NCBI GenBank assembly: GCA_021818955.1
Contig: JAKASR010000010.1
Span: forward strand, 27,147 to 91,146
Length of the DNA stretch: 64,000 bases
Direction: 5' to 3'
From: Acidobacteriota bacterium
Lineage (GTDB): Bacteria; Acidobacteriota; Terriglobia; Terriglobales; SCQP01
Part shown: positions 44,113 to 53,840 of the stretch, one piece after another
Layout: every line of letters begins with the position of its first letter
How positions within the stretch are numbered: the first letter of the stretch is position 1
Notes under the pieces: model-generated
What the model saw: only the letters and a program-made list of their open reading frames with translations
Database searches by the model: none
What the model was told of the DNA's origin: nothing
Program-made: the position numbers and the translations under genes

Positions 44113-47100
44113 CTAAGAGATCTCGAACTGTTCCTGATGCACTTGCGGATCGGAGCGCACCAGCACCGTCTTGCCGGTGGTTTCCTCGATATCGTTGAGA
44201 TAGCTGGCGCCTTTCGCCTTCATGGCTTTGGCGACTTCAGGGTTGACGCGCAGCACCAGCTCGCTGCGCTCGATCTGCGGCGCCATCTTGCGCGCCTCGG
44301 AGAAGATTTCGTTGCAAACCGTGGTCACCGATTTCACCAGGCCCGAGCCGGAGCAATAGGGGCAAGGCGAGCCCAGCGCCCGCTCCAGCGACTGCTTGAC
44401 GCGCTTCCGGGTCAGCGCCATTAGCCCGAAATCGTTGAACGAGAGCAGCTTGAAGGGCGCGCGGTCGCTGCGCATCGCCTCTTCCATCGCCTGCATCACC
44501 TTCTGCCGGTTGCGGCGCTCGTCCATGTCGATGAAATCGATCACGATGATCCCGCCCAGATCGCGCAGCCGGATCTGGCGCACGATTTCCCGGATCGCAT
44601 CGACATTGGTCTTGACGATGGTGTCTTCCAGCCGGTTCGACTTGCCCACATATTTGCCGGTATTGACGTCAATCGCCACCAGCGCTTCGGTCTGGTTGAT
44701 GACGATATAGCCACCGCTTTTCAGCCAAACCTTGCTCTTGAGCGCGCGGTCGATTTCTTCCTGCACGCGAAAATGCTCGAACATGGGCTCGCTGCGCGTG
44801 TATAAGCGCACCCGCTGCGTCATGGACGGCATGAAATGGCTGACAAAACGCAGCACCCGCTGGTATTGTTCTTCCGAATCGACCCAAATGTGGGTGAACT
44901 CGGGCGAGAGTTGGTCGCGAAGGGTGCGCTCGACCAAGCCGAGATCGTGATAGATCAGCGCCGGCGCGCGGCTTTTTTCAAACTGCTGGCGGATATCGTT
45001 CCACAAGCTGCCGAGAAAGCGCATGTCCGCCTTGAACTCGTCTTCGGCCGCTCCGGCGGCGGCGGTGCGAACGATGAATCCGCCGGGCAGCTCGCCGATA
45101 TTTTCCAGAATGAGACGTTTCAGCCGGGCGCGCTCTTCGTCGGAGGCGATTTTGCGCGAGACCCCAATATGCTGCACGGTAGGCATGTAGACCAGGTAGC
45201 GTCCCGGCAGCGCCAGATGGCTGGTGATGCGGGCGCCTTTGCGGCCAATCGGCTCTTTCGCGATTTGCACCAGGATTTCCTGGCCTTCTTTGAGCAACTC
45301 GCCTATCTGCCGGGGCCCTTGCTCGCCGCGCTCGACGCGGGGTTCATGTCCATTGCCGAGGGGGTGCCCATTGCCGCCGGCGCTGGCTGGCGGCGCGCTT
45401 TCTTCCGCCGGCTCCGGCGCCGCCGTCCCGCTTGCCTGCGCGTCGGCTGGTGCCGCCTTCTCGCCGCCGCGCGAGCGGCCGCGTCCGCCGCGCCGCCGCC
45501 GCCTTCCGCGCGCTTCCATGCGCGCCGGATCGTTGCGCGAGCGAAAGAAGGCTCTTAAGCCCCTCGATTTTTTGGGTTCTTCGCCGGAGGGCTCTGGCTC
45601 CGGCGTAGCCGCTTCCTTTTCGGCCGGTTGCCCCGGAGCGGCTTGCGGCTCGGTCGTTCCCGGCTCCAGCCCGCCCTCATCCTGCAGCTCGTATTCAGCC
45701 GTTGGTGGATATTCCCGGGCTTCTCCCGTTTTCGCTTCGGCCGGTTGGCCGCTGACCTTGAACTGGCTGAACTCGTTCAGTGCATCTTCGGTGTCTTCGA
45801 TTTTCAGGTCATATTTGCCAACCTGCTCGATTTCACCCGGCTCGAAAAAGGGTTGCGCAAAAATATCTTCCGCCGTTTTCTGATTGGCTTTTTTCGGCGG
45901 CGCGGCGGCATACCAGGGAGACTCGGGCTGGATTTTTTCCTTTTCCACGCCCACGACCCCGGTTTCCGCCGCTTCCGTTTCCGACTCCAAAGCCGCAAGC
46001 TCGGCTTTGGATTTCAACCGAGGCGGCGGCGGCTCGGGATTAAAAGATGAGCCGAACGCCGTTTTGCCGGCCGGATTCTGGCTGGAGGAGGATGCCGGTT
46101 CCGGCGGCCGGGAGGATGAGGAAACCGGCGGGGCCGGCTCGGCCGCGGGCGCGTGAGCTTTCATCGGCTCGTGGGCTTTTGCAGGCCCTTGCGCTTTGGC
46201 GGGCTCAGGTGTTTTTACCGGCTCTTGGACATTGGTGTATTTCGCCAGGCGCTCGCCCGGCAAGACGAAGGTTGGATATGTTGGATGCCCCGCCGTTGGC
46301 GGCGTGGATTCCCGGCGCGGCGGCGCGGATTCCGGACGTGGCGGCGCGGATTCCCGATGCGGTGGCGCGGATTCCCGGCGTGGTGGCGCGGATTCCCGGC
46401 GTGGTGGCGCGGATTCCCGGCGTGGTGGCGCGGATTCCGGACGCGGCGGCGCGGATTCCCGATGCGGCGGCGCGGGCTCGATGGCTTCGGCCAACGGCGC
46501 CACCCGAGGTTCGGCGATGCCGTAAGCGCCGTCGCCCTGCTGAACCGGTTCGGCCTGGTCTGCGGGCGCAGCCTCTTGGGTGGGCGCGGCTGGCTGGTTT
46601 TCGTATGGCGCCGGAGTCAGCGGCGTGTTTGGGCTGGCAAACTTATCGGCCGGAAATCCCCCGCTGCGGCGGCGGCGATCGCGGCGGCGGCGGCCGCGCC
46701 GCTGCGGAGCCTCGTTTTCCGGGGAGGGCGCGTTGCGAACCGCTTCGCCGCGCTCTTCCTCCTGCTCGGCGGCAGGCGCTCCGGCGGCCGCTTCCGCCTG
46801 CGGGGCCGGGCGCGCGGCCACGGGCGCAGCCGGGGCCGTCGCCGTGGGCGCTCGGCTCGCCTCTTCTTCCGCCGTGCTCACCACGCGATCGTATTCTTCG
46901 CTGTTTTCAAAAAAATCGGAAACGTACAGAAAGGCGTCGCGCTCCAGCCCGATATCCACGAATGCGGACTGCATGCCCGGCAGCACCCGCGTCACGCGGC
47001 CTTTATAAATGCTGCCCGCCAGCGAATACTCGTGTTCGCGCTCGTAATAAACTTCGGCGACTTCACCCTCTTCATTGATCGCCAGGCGGGTTTCGCGCGG

Positions 47101-47130
47101 CGTCGAGGAAATGAACATTTCCTTGTTCAT
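44113..47130 (-). CDS. rne: ribonuclease E/G family endoribonuclease with a large internal low-complexity insertion
   Basis: 1005 aa. The N-terminal S1 half ends at RVLPGMQSAFVDIGLERDAFLYVSDFF. About 515 aa of P/A/E/R-rich sequence follows. The protein then resumes with IGELLKEGQEILVQIAKEPIGRKGARITSHLALPGRYLVYMP and a full RNase E/G catalytic core (ALVAIDVNTGKYVG, DLGGIIVIDFIDM, CPYCSGSG). GGAGTG lies upstream of the ATG. Confidence 0.9.
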   Translation of the reverse strand: MNKEMFISSTPRETRLAINEEGEVAEVYYEREHEYSLAGSIYKGRVTRVLPGMQSAFVDIGLERDAFLYVSDFFENSEEYDRVVSTAEEEASRAPTATAPAAPVAARPAPQAEAAAGAPAAEQEEERGEAVRNAPSPENEAPQRRGRRRRDRRRRSGGFPADKFASPNTPLTPAPYENQPAAPTQEAAPADQAEPVQQGDGAYGIAEPRVAPLAEAIEPAPPHRESAPPRPESAPPRRESAPPRRESAPPRRESAPPHRESAPPRPESAPPRRESTPPTAGHPTYPTFVLPGERLAKYTNVQEPVKTPEPAKAQGPAKAHEPMKAHAPAAEPAPPVSSSSRPPEPASSSSQNPAGKTAFGSSFNPEPPPPRLKSKAELAALESETEAAETGVVGVEKEKIQPESPWYAAAPPKKANQKTAEDIFAQPFFEPGEIEQVGKYDLKIEDTEDALNEFSQFKVSGQPAEAKTGEAREYPPTAEYELQDEGGLEPGTTEPQAAPGQPAEKEAATPEPEPSGEEPKKSRGLRAFFRSRNDPARMEARGRRRRRGGRGRSRGGEKAAPADAQASGTAAPEPAEESAPPASAGGNGHPLGNGHEPRVERGEQGPRQIGELLKEGQEILVQIAKEPIGRKGARITSHLALPGRYLVYMPTVQHIGVSRKIASDEERARLKRLILENIGELPGGFIVRTAAAGAAEDEFKADMRFLGSLWNDIRQQFEKSRAPALIYHDLGLVERTLRDQLSPEFTHIWVDSEEQYQRVLRFVSHFMPSMTQRVRLYTRSEPMFEHFRVQEEIDRALKSKVWLKSGGYIVINQTEALVAIDVNTGKYVGKSNRLEDTIVKTNVDAIREIVRQIRLRDLGGIIVIDFIDMDERRNRQKVMQAMEEAMRSDRAPFKLLSFNDFGLMALTRKRVKQSLERALGSPCPYCSGSGLVKSVTTVCNEIFSEARKMAPQIERSELVLRVNPEVAKAMKAKGASYLNDIEETTGKTVLVRSDPQVHQEQFEIS
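46308..46486. repeat. tandem 21-bp repeat (~8 units) inside the rne insertion
   Basis: Plus strand shows reiterated GGCGCGGATTCCCGGCGTGGT-like units. These translate on the minus strand to HRESAPP-RPESAPP-RRESAPP x3-HRESAPP-RPESAPP-RRESTPP. Confidence 0.9.
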
Positions 47131-47399
47131 GTCACACTCCGGTTGGGCTCGACGGAGGGTAGGGCGGGATAGAAGGAATGCACCCTGGGCGTGGCCATGG
47201 GCTCGCCCCAGGGTGATCGTCTTGCGGGGTGGCCGCCCTGCCTCGCTCGGCGAGCGGAGGCGCGGCCTGCCCCGTTGGCTAAAACCTTCTGCCGCTCCCC
47301 CTCCGGCACGTCATCCCGCTAACGGGTCCGCGTGCCGGTTCCGAAGGAGCCCTGAAATTTGTGCGCCGTCAGCGGCCCTAACCACGCGCGGCGCGGCCT

Positions 47400-48473
47400 T
47401 CAATTCACCAGCCGGCGCATATGGACGTTCATCACCACGCCCAGCGCCGCGAATAAAAACAACAGCGAAGATCCTCCTGAACTCATGAACGGCAGCGGTA
47501 TGCCGGTGACGGGCATGAAGCCCACCACCATGCCGAGATTCACCAGAATGTGAAACGCCAGCAGCACCGCTACCCCGACCACGAGCAACGTGCCCGCCCG
47601 GTCCGGCGCGGTGCGCGCATCCGCCAGCAGTCGCATCAGTATCAGGAAATACAAACCCAACAAGACCGCAACGCCCACCAACCCGCGCTCTTCGGCAAAG
47701 GCGGCGGCGATGAAATCGGCTTGTGAAACCGGAAGAAACGCGCCTTGCACCTGGGTGCCGCGCCCCTGTCCCTGGCCCCAGAAGCCGCCCGAGCCGACCG
47801 CAATTTTGGATTGCAGCAATTGGTAGCCCCGCCCCAGGGGATCGGTACTCGGGTTCATGAAATTTTCCAGCCGCGCTTTTTGGTAAGGCTTCAGCTCATG
47901 CCACCCCAGCGGCAGCACCAGCATGGCTAACAATAACAGCGCGACACCCTGTCGCCAACTTAAGCCGCCCAAAAACAATCCTACGGCGGCAATTGGAGCG
48001 TAGGTTAAAGCCGTCCCTAAATCCGGCTCCAGCGCTACCAGCACCATTGGCAGCCCAACCAGCGTTCCCAGCCGCACGATGTCCAGCCAGGTGACGCGCC
48101 TGAGCTCGCTGCAGTAGCGCGCAACTACAACGATTATAACCAGTTTGGCAAATTCAGAAACCTGAAGATGCACGCCCAGTATCGGAATCCAGCGGCGGGA
48201 GTGAAAGATGGATTGCCCGACCGCCAGCACGCCCACCAACGCCAGCAGGCAAGCTCCATAAAGCCAATGACTTACCGCTAGCCAGCGATGATAGGATATG
48301 CGCGACAGCAGAAACATCACCCCCAGCGCCATGACTATATACGCCAACTGCCGAAGGCTGGCGCCCGCCAGGCGCGTTCCATGCGTGGAAGTATAGATTT
48401 CCACCACGCCCAGCAGGCAGACAAGCAGCACCAGCCCCAGCAAATACCAGTCGAAATCTCGCCACTGTCCCAT
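47400..48473 (-). CDS. rodA: rod shape-determining protein RodA (SEDS family)
   Basis: 357 aa, about 10 TM segments. FtsW/RodA/SpoVE-like motifs (QPSEFAK-like VSEFAKL; TGIPLPFMSSGGSSLL). Follows mrdA. Confidence 0.92.
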   Translation of the reverse strand: MGQWRDFDWYLLGLVLLVCLLGVVEIYTSTHGTRLAGASLRQLAYIVMALGVMFLLSRISYHRWLAVSHWLYGACLLALVGVLAVGQSIFHSRRWIPILGVHLQVSEFAKLVIIVVVARYCSELRRVTWLDIVRLGTLVGLPMVLVALEPDLGTALTYAPIAAVGLFLGGLSWRQGVALLLLAMLVLPLGWHELKPYQKARLENFMNPSTDPLGRGYQLLQSKIAVGSGGFWGQGQGRGTQVQGAFLPVSQADFIAAAFAEERGLVGVAVLLGLYFLILMRLLADARTAPDRAGTLLVVGVAVLLAFHILVNLGMVVGFMPVTGIPLPFMSSGGSSLLFLFAALGVVMNVHMRRLVN

Positions 48474-48476
48474 GCT

Positions 48477-50477
48477 TTAACTCTCGCTACTCTTTCCCTC
48501 GTGCCAACGCCGCCGCGGCTCCTCGGCCGCCGCCGTGGGCATCGCCTGAATGCTCCACAACCGCCTGGCCTGGCCCCGCGGCTGTGCCGCCCAGGGTTGT
48601 GACACCCAAGCCAGCCGCTGCGGATGGCTGGCGCCACGCCGGCCCGGCTGCGTCCATTTCCAGGCGGCTTTCAACTGTACCGGCGCTTTTTCCTCTGCGA
48701 TATAGCTGGCAATCACCTGCGCCGCGATGCGCGCCGCGTAGTAGCCCTGCGCGCCGTGTTCATACAACACGCAGATGACGATGCGCGGATCGCTTAACGG
48801 ATACGCCCCAACAAACCAGGCGTTATCCAGGAATTTACGCTGGCCGCCGCTTTTTTTGAAAAACGTTTCCGAAACCGTCTGCGCGGAACCGGTTTTGCCG
48901 CCGAAATCGACGTTTTCCAGTTGCGCGCTCGCCGCTGTCCCGCCCGGCTGGACCACGCGCGCCATGCCCTGCTCGATGGTTTGCACCGTATTCGCTTGCA
49001 GCGGAAAATTCAGCTCGCGCGGCTCGGTAATGGGAGCATGTTCCGCAGCCGGCACTTCGCCATTGAAGGCCAGGTGGGGACGCATCAACCGCCCGGATTC
49101 AAGTATCCCCCCCACCGCATGCGCGATCTGCAGCGGCGTGGCCGTAATCGGCCCCTGCCCGATGGCGACGCTGATGGTTTCGCCCGACCACCAGGGCTGA
49201 TGGAAGCGGCGCATCTTCCATGCCGGGGTGGGCACCAGGCCCGCACTTTCGTGTGGCAGGTCGATGCCGGTCCTGCGGCCCAGGCCAAAACCCTGGGCAT
49301 AATGCGCAATGGTCTGGATGCCCAAGTCGTTGCCGAGCGTATAAAAATAAGTGTCGCAAGATTCGGCGATAGCCTTGCGAATTCGGGTGATGCCGTGCAC
49401 CTTGTGTTTTTCCGCCCAGTACCAGCACTTGTAATAGTGTCCGTAGAACTCGGCGCCGCCTTGGCAATTGACGGTTAAATTTTGCGCCACGCCGCGCTCC
49501 AGGCCGGCCGCGGCCACGATCAGCTTAAACACCGATCCGGGCGCCAGTTGCGCTTGGATGGCTTTGTTCAACAAAGGATGATCGGGGTTGGTCAGCAGCT
49601 TGCGCCATTCCGGCGCGGGAATGCCGTGCACGAAATCATTGGGATTAAAGCTGGGGCGGCTGGCCATGGCGAGCACCTGGCCATTGCGCGGATCGAGCGC
49701 GACAATCGCCCCCGAACGCTGGCCCAGCGCCGCCTCGGCCGCGATTTGTAAATCGTTGTCTATTGTCAGCCGCAATGTGCGCCCGCGTTTCGGCGGAATC
49801 GCGCTCAATTGCTCCATTATGCGCCCGCGGCTATTCACCGCCAGCCGCTCCGCGCCCGCCGTCCCCATCAGATAACGGTTGTAGAACTGCTCCAGACCGG
49901 CCTTGCCGACCACGGTATCGGGCGCCAGATGCCAGCGCAGGGTTTGGCGCTGGTTGGCGATGCCGACATAACCCAGCATGGCCGACGCCAGCCCGTCCGG
50001 CGGATACAGCCGCCGCGTCACCATCAGCGTGCGCAGTTCCGGATAGCGATCGCGATGCGAGTCGATAAAGGCGATATCGGCCAGCGACAACCCGCGCTTG
50101 ATGATCAATGGGGTGAAATCGGGCCAGTGCGCCGCGGCTTCAACTTGCAGCCGCACGGCTTCGGGGTCGAGCTCCAGCCCGCGGGCGATGGCCGGCAGAT
50201 CCGCTTGCCGGCCGCGCATCAGGTTGCGTTCCAGCAGCGCTTCGAAAGCGGGGCGGTTATCGACGATGGGTCGCCCATAGCGATCCACGATCAGTCCCCG
50301 GGGCGCCGGTATCGGTTCCAGCCGGATATGATTTTCCCGCGCCAGGCGGGAGTAGTAGGCGTGATGCACGATTTGCAGCCGCCAGAAGCCATAGCCGAGG
50401 GCCGACAGCAGCGCCAGCACCAGCGCCTGCAGCACCATCAGGCGCGCCCCCGAAATGTTGTCTTGTGGCGCTTTCAT
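48477..50477 (-). CDS. mrdA: penicillin-binding protein 2 (elongasome transpeptidase)
   Basis: 666 aa. N-terminal TM helix and a PBP dimerisation domain. Transpeptidase motifs SVFK (PGSVFKLI), SxN-like, and KTGSAQ. C-terminal Trp/Arg-rich tail of about 68 aa. Confidence 0.92.
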   Translation of the reverse strand: MKAPQDNISGARLMVLQALVLALLSALGYGFWRLQIVHHAYYSRLARENHIRLEPIPAPRGLIVDRYGRPIVDNRPAFEALLERNLMRGRQADLPAIARGLELDPEAVRLQVEAAAHWPDFTPLIIKRGLSLADIAFIDSHRDRYPELRTLMVTRRLYPPDGLASAMLGYVGIANQRQTLRWHLAPDTVVGKAGLEQFYNRYLMGTAGAERLAVNSRGRIMEQLSAIPPKRGRTLRLTIDNDLQIAAEAALGQRSGAIVALDPRNGQVLAMASRPSFNPNDFVHGIPAPEWRKLLTNPDHPLLNKAIQAQLAPGSVFKLIVAAAGLERGVAQNLTVNCQGGAEFYGHYYKCWYWAEKHKVHGITRIRKAIAESCDTYFYTLGNDLGIQTIAHYAQGFGLGRRTGIDLPHESAGLVPTPAWKMRRFHQPWWSGETISVAIGQGPITATPLQIAHAVGGILESGRLMRPHLAFNGEVPAAEHAPITEPRELNFPLQANTVQTIEQGMARVVQPGGTAASAQLENVDFGGKTGSAQTVSETFFKKSGGQRKFLDNAWFVGAYPLSDPRIVICVLYEHGAQGYYAARIAAQVIASYIAEEKAPVQLKAAWKWTQPGRRGASHPQRLAWVSQPWAAQPRGQARRLWSIQAMPTAAAEEPRRRWHEGKSSES

Positions 50478-50532
50478 CCGCGTCCCCGGGCATTGCCGTC
50501 AGCGGGCGGGTAGGGGTGCATGATGAGGGCTT

Positions 50533-51105
50533 CTAGCGCAGGCTGCGAAAACGGTCGCATACGGCAAATAGCATTACTCCCAGCGCCGAATTGGCAAGCG
50601 AGGCCAGCATCCAACTCCAGCCCGGCCAGGCGATGGGGGCTTCCATCAGATAGCGTTCAATGCTGAACCATACGGTCAGGTTCAGCCAATACAAGCCCCA
50701 GAGCAGCAGAAAACGGATCCAGGGATGGTCCACGTCCATGCGCCCGCCCAGCGAGGCGGCGACATAGGCCGTTAATGTGCCTCCGATGCCATTGATTCCC
50801 AACGGCAAGTGCGCCAGGCTGTCTTGCGCTATACCGATCACCGTCCCGGCGCTCATGGCGGCGATGGGATTGCGCCAGGTCATCCCCAGCCAGGCGATGA
50901 TCAGCAATGGCAGGTTGAGCCAATGCAGAATCGGCAGCCAGGTGGGCAGAAAACTCTGCGCCAGCAGGGCCGCCACCGGCAAGCCGATCAGCAGCCGGAG
51001 CGGAACCCGATAAACCGCGCCATGTTCGCGAATTGTACTGTAGCTTTCCTGCAAATTGCCGCCGTTTGATCTCTTACCCCGCCACGTCCCCTGCCGCCGC
51101 GGCAT
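50533..51105 (-). CDS. mreD: rod shape-determining protein MreD
   Basis: 190-aa polytopic membrane ORF between mreC and mrdA. The start is uncertain because the N-terminal ~30 aa are basic and non-membrane. The call rests mainly on synteny and hydrophobic pattern. Confidence 0.65.
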   Translation of the reverse strand: MPRRQGTWRGKRSNGGNLQESYSTIREHGAVYRVPLRLLIGLPVAALLAQSFLPTWLPILHWLNLPLLIIAWLGMTWRNPIAAMSAGTVIGIAQDSLAHLPLGINGIGGTLTAYVAASLGGRMDVDHPWIRFLLLWGLYWLNLTVWFSIERYLMEAPIAWPGWSWMLASLANSALGVMLFAVCDRFRSLR

Positions 51106-51211
51106 GATCGCACGCTAGCCTGGCGGCCAGCGAAGCCGGACACTTCGGCGGCGTTTGCGCCGGCAGGCGCTTCGGGCAGCCGCTCTCCGCCGCCAAATAC
51201 TGCCTCCGATT

Positions 51212-52588
51212 TTAAATCAGCTTACCTGGATGAGGTATCGGCTTTTTCACCGGGTGTGGAGCGGCGGGCGATTTGAGCGGTGCCGGCTGAGACCCCGGCT
51301 TTTGGATCGCGGGCGCGCTTGCGGCGCGCGCCGCCGAAGTCCGGCCTGCGCGGGATGGAATCGATTGGGTTTTGAAACCGGGGCTTGGGGCGGCCGCGGG
51401 GACGGAGCGGGCGTATGGCGCGCCGCCGCCGGTTTTAGCCGCTGCGCCCGCGGCCGTGGCGGCCGAATTTCCAGGCGGCGCATTTATGCCCGCTTGAGAC
51501 GTGCCCACGCCGGCAGCCGATGCGGCCCTGGCACTGATGCCGGGGCGCGCCGCGGCCCCGGTCGGATGAATGGGCGTCTGGGCTGGCGCGCTAGCGGCCG
51601 CGGCCGCCGCCGCCGTGGCCGCCGCCGCTTTTTTATGCAACGCTTGCCAATCCCAGATATCCAGCGGCTCTCCCGTCTGCGGCCCCAGGCTGTGCGCCGG
51701 TAAAGACGGCAGCTCGCGCAGGCCGGGCGCGACGTTGGCTTGTCCGGCGGAGCCACCCGCCGCAATCGCCGGAAGCTTTCCCAGCCGGGTCACGATCATG
51801 ACCTGGCGTAAATTCATCAGGTGCGCCAGCGGCTGCACCCGGATATGCAGAAAGAGATTGCCGGGACGTGACGAGACGACGCGTCCCAGCGGCAAGCCCG
51901 GCGGGAAGATGCGATCCTGGCCGGAGGTGAAGAGCAGTTCGCCGGGCTTGACCGGTAAATCGTTGCGAATCCATTCCCAGCGGCAGCCCAACACGCCCGC
52001 GCCGCGCAAGACCCCGCTGATCGATCCATCCGCGTTGGTGGCGCCCGCGCCCAGGCTGGGATCGGTAAGAAACAGCACTTGCGACTCGCGCGTCATCACC
52101 CGGCTGATCTTTCCCACCACGCCCGCCTGGGCAATCACCGGCATGCCCGGCTTGACCCCCTGGTCGCGGCCGCGGTCCAGGTAAATCGCCTGGGTCTGCG
52201 ATGAAGGCCCCACGCCGATGACGTCGGCCGCCAGCATGGCGGCGACGAACTTCGGGTGCAGGCCGAGCAGCTGGCGCAACCGTTCGTTTTCCAGCCCGGC
52301 CGCGGCCAACTCCCGGTTTTCCAGCCGCAGCCGCGCCACTTGCGCTTGCAGGTTTTGATTTGCGCGCCGCAGGCCAGCCAGCAGCACGTAGTGCTGCAGC
52401 ACGCCGCCGGTCCAGCTCAGGCTGCCGTGCAGAACATTTTCGGCGGGCAGCAACAGCGCCATCGCCCAATGCTGGATGAGGCGGTTGCCGCTGCCGGGGG
52501 CGCGCAGTTGCGAGCCGAGCAGCATCAATTGCGCCAGCAGCAGCAACCCCAGCACTCCGGCCCCGCGGTGGCGATGCAGCCTGATCAA
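51212..52588 (-). CDS. mreC: rod shape-determining protein MreC with a long Ala/Pro-rich C-terminal extension
   Basis: 458 aa. N-terminal TM helix, coiled coil (LQAQVARLRLENRELAAAGLENERLRQLL), and beta-barrel core (VKPGMPVIAQAGVVGKI...GLPLGRVV). About 188 aa of A/P/G/S-rich sequence follow. Confidence 0.9.
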   Translation of the reverse strand: MIRLHRHRGAGVLGLLLLAQLMLLGSQLRAPGSGNRLIQHWAMALLLPAENVLHGSLSWTGGVLQHYVLLAGLRRANQNLQAQVARLRLENRELAAAGLENERLRQLLGLHPKFVAAMLAADVIGVGPSSQTQAIYLDRGRDQGVKPGMPVIAQAGVVGKISRVMTRESQVLFLTDPSLGAGATNADGSISGVLRGAGVLGCRWEWIRNDLPVKPGELLFTSGQDRIFPPGLPLGRVVSSRPGNLFLHIRVQPLAHLMNLRQVMIVTRLGKLPAIAAGGSAGQANVAPGLRELPSLPAHSLGPQTGEPLDIWDWQALHKKAAAATAAAAAAASAPAQTPIHPTGAAARPGISARAASAAGVGTSQAGINAPPGNSAATAAGAAAKTGGGAPYARSVPAAAPSPGFKTQSIPSRAGRTSAARAASAPAIQKPGSQPAPLKSPAAPHPVKKPIPHPGKLI

Positions 52589-52597
52589 GCCGGTTCC

Positions 52598-53647
<1,050 letters not shown>

Positions 53648-53840
53648 CTAACGTCGACAGCGCTCCGGCCGAGCCCTGCCCGCAGTCTAAAGTTCAGCAT
53701 GGCTGATTGCTTTACGATGATAAAAGAAAGCGGCGCGTCAATCCAAGCACGGAATGCATAGCGGGTGCAATCCGCTGCAACCGAATGCTTTATACTGCTT
53801 ATTCTAATAGTGCCGCCCGCCGCGGCCCGTCTTAGCCCCC

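Noticed and set aside
46047-47172. Plus-strand ORFs with striking repeats (RIPGVVARIPGVVARIPGVV; WRGFPAWWRGFPAWW) that look like repeat proteins.
   Set aside because: They are alternative-frame or antisense readings of the 21-bp tandem repeat inside rne. The minus-strand frame is continuous with conserved RNase E/G domains on both sides.
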